Part shown: positions 46,711 to 64,000 of the stretch, in pieces | Layout of the letters: every line of letters starts with the position of its first letter | Position numbering within the stretch: position 1 is the stretch's first letter | NCBI GenBank assembly: GCA_964016885.1 | Contig: CAXHJY010000125.1 | Location: 1,556-65,555, forward strand | Direction: 5' to 3' | DNA from: Eledone cirrhosa | Taxonomy: Eukaryota | DNA length: 64,000 bases | Made by a program: the position numbers and the translations under genes | The notes under the pieces: model-generated | What the model was told of the DNA's origin: nothing | The model's database searches: none | The model's input: only the letters and a program-made list of their open reading frames with translations

Positions 46711-46839
46711 GGGTGGTATGCCATTGTTAGACGCCTGGAAGTTGTTGGCAGTGCGTCTGCTTGGCTTTAGGATGACATCCTAAAGCCAAGCAGACGCACT
46801 GCCAACAACTTCCAGGCGTCTAACAATGGCATACCACCC

Positions 46840-48750
46840 TTGTATGGGCTCCGCAAAGACCACAAGACAGTCGACGACCCGACAATAGGACCACCAACAA
46901 GACCTGTATGCGGAGCTAATATAGCTAGCAACTACAGGATCTCCTACTTCCTCTCAATGGTTATACGCCCCATAATCAAGATGTCCCCAGATGTATGTGA
47001 AAGTACAGAGGACCTCCTCAGCGGAATCAGTGAGTGCAACAAAAACAGGAGCCTATCCAACTGCATAATAGGCAGCATGGATGTGGTGTCACTGTACCCA
47101 TCCATTAACATTGATTTTGCTGTGAAAAGATGTGTGGAGATGATCATTGAGAGTGAGGTGGAGTTCTGCGACGTCGACACAGACGAACTGGGCCTCCTAC
47201 TTAGACTTACCTACGACACTGACTACCTAGACAGCCATGACCTTAGATGTTTCTGCCCTAGTAGACCTATAAGAGGTAGACCCCCCACCATAACCTCAAT
47301 GGCTAAAAAGACTCCCATAGGAAGGTGGATTGGGTGGACCAAAGCTATACGGACCCCCCAAAACACTGATCAGGTAAGAAAAATGGTCGCACATGCAATA
47401 GGGGCTAGTATCAAAACTACCCTAAAGGGCCACATATTTAAGTTCAATGAGAAAATCTACACCCAAAATGAGGGAGCAGCCATCGGCGTCAGCATAGCTG
47501 GCGATGTTGCCAACCTTTTCATGGTATGGTGGGAAAGGAGACTTAAAGATCTCCTTAATGAAAGCTCCATAGACCTCATCATGTACTCTCGTTATGTAGA
47601 CGATATCAATATAGTTATAAGAACACCCCCACTAGAGAGCACTAACAAGTTTGATTTAGAACGTAGCACGATGGAAAGCATCCAGCAGATAGCTAATTCC
47701 ATACACCAGAGTATAACTGTAACTATAGACTTCCCTTCCAAACACCCTAACAATAGACTACCTGTATTAGACACAGAACTCTGGATTAACACTATAGACG
47801 AGAGAGCCCAAATTCTCCACTCACACTATGCTAAACCCATGGCCTCCAAATACCTGATACTCAAAAACTCAGCAATGTCCAGTAGTGCTAAGTTTAATAT
47901 TCTGATCGCAGATTTGGTACGAGTGATGAAGAATGTGTCCAGCATGTGCGACCCAACAGAAATGGAAGGACACATCCAACACTTCATCAACCGCATGCAG
48001 TTCTCTGGCTACAACCAAAGAGACAGAGTCAGAGTATACGAAGGAGCCATGGAAAAGTATAAGACCCTCATAGAACTGGACATGAAAGGAATTTGCCCAC
48101 TATACAGGAGCAAATCATGGAATAGCTTAGATAGGGCTAGACATAAGATAGGGAAGGCCACATCATGGTACGACAACCAGAGATATCAGAGTGTCATGTT
48201 TGTGGACGCCACCCCTGGAGGGAAATTAGCTAACCAGTGTAGAAAGGCCCTGAGAAAGACCCACTTAAAAATAAAGGTGGTAGAAAAGCCAGGAACCACC
48301 ATAAAATCCCTGATCAGCAAAACCTACCCTTTTAAGAAAACCCACTGTACCAATAGGAAATGTATCATATGTAAGGTGAACCCCCGGATAAACTGTAAAA
48401 CTAGAAACGTAGTCTATAGCATAAGATGTACAGAGGGTACTTGCAGAAACACGACAACAACATACATAGGTGAGACAGCTCGTAGCATAGGTGAAAGGAT
48501 AGACCAACACTGGGGGGAACTAAAAGGACGAAAAAACGGGTCAGTACTATACGAACATGCTAGACAACATCATGACGGTAACATAGACAACATAGAAATT
48601 AGAATAATATCTAAACATAGGAATGACCCAGCAGATAGGCAAATCAGAGAGGCCAGTGAAATAGAAATTAGAAGACCAAAGCTAAACAGAAAGAATGAGT
48701 GGAACAACAACAACACCCAAACAAACAACACTGACCTAAGAGAAGTATAA
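46840..48750 (+). CDS. PLE RT + GIY-YIG (identical mirror copy)
   Basis: Translation identical to 44800-46710. Confidence 0.92.
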   Translation: MYGLRKDHKTVDDPTIGPPTRPVCGANIASNYRISYFLSMVIRPIIKMSPDVCESTEDLLSGISECNKNRSLSNCIIGSMDVVSLYPSINIDFAVKRCVEMIIESEVEFCDVDTDELGLLLRLTYDTDYLDSHDLRCFCPSRPIRGRPPTITSMAKKTPIGRWIGWTKAIRTPQNTDQVRKMVAHAIGASIKTTLKGHIFKFNEKIYTQNEGAAIGVSIAGDVANLFMVWWERRLKDLLNESSIDLIMYSRYVDDINIVIRTPPLESTNKFDLERSTMESIQQIANSIHQSITVTIDFPSKHPNNRLPVLDTELWINTIDERAQILHSHYAKPMASKYLILKNSAMSSSAKFNILIADLVRVMKNVSSMCDPTEMEGHIQHFINRMQFSGYNQRDRVRVYEGAMEKYKTLIELDMKGICPLYRSKSWNSLDRARHKIGKATSWYDNQRYQSVMFVDATPGGKLANQCRKALRKTHLKIKVVEKPGTTIKSLISKTYPFKKTHCTNRKCIICKVNPRINCKTRNVVYSIRCTEGTCRNTTTTYIGETARSIGERIDQHWGELKGRKNGSVLYEHARQHHDGNIDNIEIRIISKHRNDPADRQIREASEIEIRRPKLNRKNEWNNNNTQTNNTDLREV

Positions 48751-49020
48751 ATAAATAAGTAAATTAAATTAAATAAAATAAGATAAATAAATACATACAC
48801 AAGCACATAAACACACACTAGTCACCCAGCAGACACAACACTATACACACTAGTCACACATCACACATAACACTATACACACACGCAAACGCATGCGCAA
48901 AGAAGACAAAATAAAATAAGATAAACAAACAAGCAAATAAATAAATAAATAAATATATAGACAGACTGAACAAAAAAAATGGCGTAGACATACAACACAA
49001 CAGGAGGAACAATGAATATA

Positions 49021-49063
49021 ACACCACTGACGATGTTGCAGATGTGCAACGAAAGATTTATGT
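49021..49063 (+). ncRNA. Hammerhead-like motif, extra nt after A9, weak stem I
   Basis: CTGACGA-T-GTTGCA(GATG)TGCAAC-GAAA-GATT-TA; same position as the HHR of PLE B. Confidence 0.55.
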
Positions 49064-49330
49064 AAACTATATATATATGTGTTTGTCTATATTGTATCTG
49101 TATTATTTTTGACCGCCGGTCAGTCAATGGCAACATTGAGGACCGAGTAAGTTAGATCGCAGATATATATATATAAAAGACAGCGAGAAGCGAAAACCAA
49201 CCAAACAGTGAGTGTGTTCTGTTATTAATTCTGGCAATATTACGCAAATATGACCCTCCCCAAATATAACAATATCTGTTTCGACACACGATTTCATATA
49301 AAAAACCTCGCAAAACTAATTCATCGCCGC

Positions 49331-51539
<2,209 letters not shown>

Positions 51540-51540
<1 letters not shown>

Positions 51541-52148
51541 TATGTCAGGTCACCAGTTGGTGCTACTGGTAACATGTATCCCAGTACAACCTGTCTCATG
51601 GTCGGGTCGTTGGCGACTAAACTGGCAACCCCACCAAGGTTTCTTGGTGAGGAGGGTGACTTTGGACATCCTGCAGGACTAAAAACAAAACCTGTCAAAG
51701 GGCAAGGGAGCTCTTAAGACTCAATAGCCATCCAAAATCACCGGGAGAGATGACCCCTTAGCCTTTGTCAAGGCACAATTCTAGGAGAAGGAAAACTCTG
51801 ATATAACACCTGCAACCCTGATGGTATCCAATGATGTTGACTTGTTCTTCTTTTTGGTAAATATCATCTTGGTTAAAAGAGTGGGACTGGCTTTGTGCAG
51901 TGCCTTTGCTCACTATAAAAGCTTCACAGCACAGGCATTGCTTTATATCTGGAGATCTCTCTGCACTTGTCATCACATGGTCAATATGATGCACTATGTG
52001 TCAATAATGGTCACAAGTGTAGTCTTTGTACCAGAGTTTTCAAGTCGCTGGCTGGACTAAAAAGTCACATTCGTTCAGCGCATCGGTAGGGGTTCTCCTA
52101 CATGGATATAAAGCAGTGGCCGTACTCGAAAACGAGTTGGCAGCCACC

Positions 52149-52150
<2 letters not shown>
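51540..52150 (+). mobile_element. TA-flanked island; the first ~280 bp resembles an RTE 5' UTR
   Basis: GGAGAAGGAAAACTCTGAT motif and a possible degenerate HDV-like fold at the start; the rest is unidentified. Confidence 0.35.
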
Positions 52151-58473
<6,323 letters not shown>

Positions 58474-59613
58474 AGGTGTGTATACATTTGCTTCGTTTTG
58501 TAATTTCCGGTTGATTGTTTTTATTTACCACTCACTGTCTGGCTTTGCTCATCCACACATGTCTGTCTACTAACCTTGAAATTATAAGTATTTATTTATT
58601 TATATATTATATGCCTATTTTTAAAATATATTACATTATGATATAGATCCTTAATACTTACCGTTTATTATATATAACATTAAGATAGTTAAACTTTATA
58701 TTTTTTAATATTTTTTATATTTTTATATTTTAATATTTTAACATTGTAATATGTAACATTATTGTATTTAGACTTTACATATCTTGTTAGATGTCTATAT
58801 TTTTTCTGTAACAACATATTTTTTCTGTAACATCATAATTGTTCCCTGTACCAATATAGTTTTTTTGAGTATTATTGTATTATATTATATGATTGATATT
58901 TCCCCATTTATTATGTAACCTAGTATGAATCATGTTGTACATATTGATTATGGTAATTGTTAATATAATGTTAACAATTTATCATTGTATTTCACTGTGA
59001 CATCTATATTGTTTCTGTAAATTAACCGGAGATTATATATATTCTTATTATATATATCCTACTTTATTATATTGTATTATATTATATAATTTTGTTGTTT
59101 ATTATTTATTATAAGTGTTTCTTGTAATTATTGCCTCATGTATATTGGGTAGATGTATTAGCATTATTTTCACTATTACCATGCTTATTTTTATATTTTT
59201 GATGTTCAAACTTCCAATAGGGCTTAATTTCTGTGTAATAGAAAATAGATATGTGTATTGTAATATGTGTGTGTGTGTGTGTGTGTGTGCGCACATATAT
59301 ACATGTATATATTGTACCTTTTGATTTTTGATTTGGAATTTCAGTGTTGGTATAGATATATTGTTATTATAATGTATTATACTGTGTTATATATAATTCC
59401 TGCTCTATATAACCAAATTTGTTTAGATTTAAGTTGGTGACTTTGGACTATATTTGTAATATGGTTCTTAATGTTATCTACATCCTTAGTTATTATAATT
59501 TTATTATTTTTATCTTCATTTTTATTATCGTATATCCTTGTAAGAGATTAGTGTATGTAAACTCCATATTCTTCAGAGTTTCTGGCTTGTATCTGCCGAA
59601 ATTACCTCTTGTT

Positions 59614-59670
59614 GTTTTGATTGCCCTGATGAGTCCTTAATAGGACGAAACATTGTCGGCTAATAAAAAC
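59614..59670 (+). ncRNA. Minimal type I hammerhead, predicted cleavage after C59657
   Basis: GCC-CTGATGA-GTCCT(TAAT)AGGAC-GAAA-CATTG-TC-GGC with extended stem I. Confidence 0.9.
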
Positions 59671-59887
59671 TTTTGATGTATTAAAGGATTCTTTGTTTTA
59701 CTCTCTTAATTTTTCGGCTCTGTTTAACTGCATTGAGTTATACCTTTTACTGTCATTTCTATAATACGAAGAGGGTGTTTGACTCAAACACGCTCCAGTA
59801 TTCTAATCCTTGTAACTGCTCCCAATAGGTTGAGCTTACTCACATATATACTGGCATTTTGGCCTCTATATATTTTTATCTGACAGT

Positions 59888-62581
59888 ATGCTGACAAAGA
59901 GTTACTTGCCTTTATCTCTGAAAAATATTCCCACCCCCTCTAAGAATACTTACCAAAAACTACTGATAGCTAGTGTTAACTCCTTTGTAAAAAGGATTAG
60001 ATGGCGTGCGTTTCACTACGATAGTAATAAGAATAGGAACGACCCCAGGATTAGAACTAAGTTTAATAGCTACGGCTTCAAAACGTATAAGAGCCCACCA
60101 CACAACATACTATTAGACAGTTTTGAAAGTGACTTACTCTCTCTGGTTAAAAATGTTAGGTTTAGGCCAAATGATAGACATAGAAACAATAGTAAATTTG
60201 ATAAATTCCAGTCCAGACTTAAAAGTATTGTTAAGGGTTTCGGGGAGAATAAGTCCATTCTGGTCCCGGCAGATAAGACTAAGAATCTATACTCCATGGA
60301 CTATAGTACATACCGCGATTTTATTTATAAAGAGTTATATAGAAACTATAAAAAAACTACGCTTGAGAATGTGAACCACATCAATAGTGAGGGCCTTAGA
60401 ATAGTCTCTGACCTCGGACTCGATAAGTATACCCAGCCTTATTACCCTCGAGAACCGAGATTCACACTTAAGGACCATAAGGTTGATTTTATTAGTAACC
60501 CCTCAGTTAGACTTATCTGTCCTTCTAAGTCGGATATAGCCATTATCAGTAAAAAAATCCTTGACCTTATTATACCAGATGTTAGGAATAGGGTTAATTT
60601 TAACTTATGGGGGAACACTAGGGAAGTTATAGATTGGTTCTCTGGGATTAATAGACTTGAATCTAATAAGTTTATCCAATTCGATATTGATGCCTACTAC
60701 ACATCAATTTCACCCATCCTCCTCAATAAAGCCTTAATGTTGGCCATGAGAGTGTCCAGCCTTACACGATCGCAGGTAGATATTATACTAGCAGCCCGTA
60801 AAACTATTATTAAATTTGAGGACTCTTTTTGGACCCGTAAAAACACGCCCAATAATTTCGACGTTACAATGGGTTTGAGCGATTCGGCCCAGGTTACTGA
60901 TCTTGTTGGGTTGTTCCTCCTTAATGAACTATACGCTACCTTCCCGCACCTTGTAGGCGGACTATATCGTGATGATGCATTGTTTATAATTAACTCTAGT
61001 ACCAACAATGTAGAACGTAATAAGAAGAAGCTTTATAAGTTTTTTAATAACTACAACCTTTCAATCACGATGGATAGAAATGATAGAGCGGTTAACTTTT
61101 TAGATGTGACTTTGGACTTGGCTACTAATAGTTTTAAACCCTTCCATAAGCCTAATGAAATTCTTTCTTATGTTAGCCCCAATTCTAACCACCCTAAGTC
61201 TATGATAAACTCTATAATTAAGGGCGTTTCTAATAGGATTTCCACACTATCTAAGGACATAGGAACTTTTAATGAACATGCGGAGTACTACAATAACGCC
61301 CTAGCAAATTCAGGTCACTCTAGTAAAATAAATTATAATAATAGTAACTTTAGAAAGTCTCCGCTTACTCTTAATAATAATAACATTATATCACATAACA
61401 TGGCTATGAATGTGAGTAGCAAACTTAGTAACCGTAGAACTTATATAGGAGTATCTGAACCCACCCATAAGTTATCCCACCGGACTCGTAATAACAAATA
61501 TAATACCTCTAAGAGACAAGTCGAGCCCCCTGTGCGCTCACGCATTGGTGTCGGTTTGGCTGGATCTTGTTCTAGTAATGTTGCTCGTACTGATCCTATC
61601 ATTGGCCTTAATCCTCTTGTAGGGACTCTGAACAACAGTGGATCTACTGGAGGTAGAAAATATAATAGGCATAATGTAATTATGGCTGATTCTATGAATG
61701 CGGCTTCAAATATTCCCGATAGTAACCCTAGTCTCGAAGGTGGGACTTTTGATAGAGGCAGGGTCGATAAGAATAAAAATAAAAATAGAAGGCGATTGAA
61801 TACTTATTTCAACCCGCCATATAACCAGGATGTATCAACTAATATCCCTAGGTCTTTCTTCACTATCCTGGAGAAAAATTTCCCCCCTTCTCACAAATAC
61901 CATGGTATTTTTAATAAAAATGTTATTAAACTATCATTCTCTACCACCCCTAATATTAGTTCTCATTTAGCTAGCACTAACAATAGGAAGATTAGGGATG
62001 GATTCTTCTCTCTGCAGACTAATAGTCTGAATGCATCGGACAATGCTTTACCACCAGAACAGTCCTTATCTAATAGAGATCCTAGGTGCAATACATCTCC
62101 ACTTGAGCCAACCAATAACACCCGGAAGTGCAATTGTAGAGTGAGTGCTAACTGCCCTCTAAACGGTAACTGCCTTTCTAAAAACATAGTCTATGCTTGC
62201 GAGGTTATAACTAATTCCTCTAAAGGAACATATATAGGATCTACTTCAAACACTTTTAAGACTAGGTTTAACTCTCATATCTCTAACTTCAAACATATTA
62301 GGTTTAAGAATTCTACCTCTCTAGTGCATTATATCTGGGACCTTAAGGGAGCTTGTATACCATATAGCCTTAACTGGAGTTTAGTAGCACGATCTAACCA
62401 CCTTTCTGCACATAGTAAGTTTTGTAATCTCTGTATACTTGAGACACACTCTATTATTTTCTCTAGCGTACCCTTACTGAATAGAAAGTCTGAGATATTC
62501 TCTTCTTGCCCCCATGCAATTTCTAATTCTTACTTTTATTATAAACCCAAACGTTCTAGTAGTACAAATCGTACCCATTAG
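59888..62581 (+). CDS. Intact PLE RT + GIY-YIG endonuclease, 897 aa
   Basis: SLKNIP, KRIRWRAFHY, ADKT, LKDHK, FDIDAYY, YRDD, SNHP, CNCRVSANCPLNGNC, IVY...YIGST, CNLC. Confidence 0.95.
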   Translation: MLTKSYLPLSLKNIPTPSKNTYQKLLIASVNSFVKRIRWRAFHYDSNKNRNDPRIRTKFNSYGFKTYKSPPHNILLDSFESDLLSLVKNVRFRPNDRHRNNSKFDKFQSRLKSIVKGFGENKSILVPADKTKNLYSMDYSTYRDFIYKELYRNYKKTTLENVNHINSEGLRIVSDLGLDKYTQPYYPREPRFTLKDHKVDFISNPSVRLICPSKSDIAIISKKILDLIIPDVRNRVNFNLWGNTREVIDWFSGINRLESNKFIQFDIDAYYTSISPILLNKALMLAMRVSSLTRSQVDIILAARKTIIKFEDSFWTRKNTPNNFDVTMGLSDSAQVTDLVGLFLLNELYATFPHLVGGLYRDDALFIINSSTNNVERNKKKLYKFFNNYNLSITMDRNDRAVNFLDVTLDLATNSFKPFHKPNEILSYVSPNSNHPKSMINSIIKGVSNRISTLSKDIGTFNEHAEYYNNALANSGHSSKINYNNSNFRKSPLTLNNNNIISHNMAMNVSSKLSNRRTYIGVSEPTHKLSHRTRNNKYNTSKRQVEPPVRSRIGVGLAGSCSSNVARTDPIIGLNPLVGTLNNSGSTGGRKYNRHNVIMADSMNAASNIPDSNPSLEGGTFDRGRVDKNKNKNRRRLNTYFNPPYNQDVSTNIPRSFFTILEKNFPPSHKYHGIFNKNVIKLSFSTTPNISSHLASTNNRKIRDGFFSLQTNSLNASDNALPPEQSLSNRDPRCNTSPLEPTNNTRKCNCRVSANCPLNGNCLSKNIVYACEVITNSSKGTYIGSTSNTFKTRFNSHISNFKHIRFKNSTSLVHYIWDLKGACIPYSLNWSLVARSNHLSAHSKFCNLCILETHSIIFSSVPLLNRKSEIFSSCPHAISNSYFYYKPKRSSSTNRTH

Positions 62582-63715
62582 CAGATATATTCCATTACTT
62601 AGTTCTTTGTTTGGGTTCTTTTGTTTGCCAACACTATTGTTACCATTGGTTTTTGATGACTCTTCATTCTAGCTCTCATAATCATTTGGCCACTGTACCA
62701 TATCTATGTCTTCACTATTACACCTTGTTAGTATACATAAGATTACACACGTTATTACCTTTATATATTCTTTTATTATCATTAACTTTAATTTTTACTT
62801 TAACATTATTTTTATTTTTAATTCTATTTATATTTTTATTTCTAAGTCTATTCTGATTTATCTATTAACCCCCCCCCCCCCTTCTCCCCCCCCCCATGCA
62901 CGCATAAACTTATTGTCAACCCCTCTAGATTGAATATGATTATATTAAACCCCCCCCCCCACTCTTTTATGCTCTGTTCTATTATTTATTATAGTATATC
63001 GAATATATTTTATGCCACTTCGCACCCTCCATATATTTTGTCAATTCTGTCCCCATTAGCTTACCTTAACTATACCTAAGTCAGTTTTTTAGATATCGTT
63101 GCGTGTATGATAAGTGTAATTTTATTCCTTTTTGTAAACATTTGTAACGATACATTAAAGTTTATATACTTTAATGACTTAGACTATAGCTAATTTTATA
63201 CTACCTTATCGGACGGGTTTGATATCTTTAATATTAATTTATCAAATAGGGTTTGGAGTCATTTAAAATGATCGTTTTCCTTGGTGTTTACCAAATTTCT
63301 TAATGCACGCGACTTAAGTGTGTATACATTTGCTTCGTTTTGTAATTTCGGTTGATTGTTTTATTTACCACTCACTGTCTGGCTTTGCTCATCCACACAT
63401 GTCTGTCTACTAACCTTGAAATTATAAGTATTTATTTATTTATATATTATATGCCTATTTTTAAAATATATTACATTATGATATAGATCCTTAATACTTA
63501 CGTTTATTATATATAACATTAAGATAGTTAAACTTTATATTTTTTAATATTTTAATATTTTTATATTTTAATATTTTAACATTGTAATATGTAACATTAT
63601 TGTATTTAGACTTTACATATCTTGTTAGATGTCTATATTTTTTCTGTAACAACATATTTTTTCTGTAACATCATAATTGTTCCCTGTACCAATATAGTTT
63701 TTTTGAGTATTATTG

Positions 63716-63917
63716 GGCGGTGGATTGGCAGTATCGGTAGAGGGTCGGACGCCATGTTTTCAAGCATAGTTACGTCCCTTTATGATCTGAGTTCAAATCC
63801 CGCCGAGGTTGACTTTGCCTTTCATCCTTACGGGGTCGATAAAATAAAGTACCAGTAATGCACTGGATAATTTAATGCACTGGATAATTGCTGGGCCTTG
63901 TGCCTAAAGTAGAAACA
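63716..63917 (+). mobile_element. Full-length tRNA-derived SINE, TSD ATTATTG
   Basis: A box TGGCAGTATCGG, B box GAGTTCAAATCCC; the empty site is in the 5' pLTR at ~58871. Confidence 0.93.
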
Positions 63918-64000
63918 ATTATTGTATTATATTATATGATTGATATTTCCCCATTTATTATGTAACCCAGTATGAATCATGTTGTACATATTGATTATGG

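Larger units (their letters stand above)
44275..49330. mobile_element. Perfect 5-kb palindrome of two head-to-head 5'-truncated PLE (Nematis-like) copies, 1-nt spacer at 46775
   Basis: GGATG-A-CATCC centre; identical 636-aa ORFs; arms 44275-46774 and 46776-49275; 55-nt extra tail on the right. Confidence 0.95.
58476..64000 (+). mobile_element. Full-length Hydra-type PLE D with pseudo-LTRs (58476-58951 repeated at 63318-64000; runs off the window)
   Basis: Direct repeat, HHR upstream of the ORF, intact ORF. Confidence 0.93.

Noticed and set aside
63716-63810. tRNA gene
   Set aside because: A/B boxes are followed by a SINE body and TSD, and it is multi-copy; a tRNA-derived SINE.

Overview
AT-rich animal genomic DNA with no recognisable host gene. 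The SINE type and huge interrupted (TA)n arrays suggest a cephalopod such as Octopus; this is inference only. The window is a nest of retroelements, most of them inserted into (TA)n microsatellite. It holds about 9 Penelope-like element (PLE; RT + C-terminal GIY-YIG) copies of Hydra-, Neptune- and probably Nematis-type, several as head-to-head inverted pairs, including a perfect 5-kb palindrome and one intact 897-aa ORF. It also holds a CR1-like LINE with an intact ORF2, a full-length Ty3/Gypsy LTR element with a -1 frameshift pseudoknot, RTE fragments and six tRNA-SINE copies. Reading by eye shows about 20 type I hammerhead ribozyme (HHR) motifs from roughly 13 unrelated sequence families. 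Three belong to non-coding, terminally redundant elements (periods 628, 547 and 480 bp) that look like retrozymes: putative circRNA-derived, non-autonomous, PLE-mobilised and TA-targeted. One SINE family inserted four times at the same site, the 5' strand of a PLE hammerhead, leaving the motif intact. All long YI/YM/HI ORFs are microsatellite artefacts. All RNA structures were folded by eye and need computational or biochemical confirmation.
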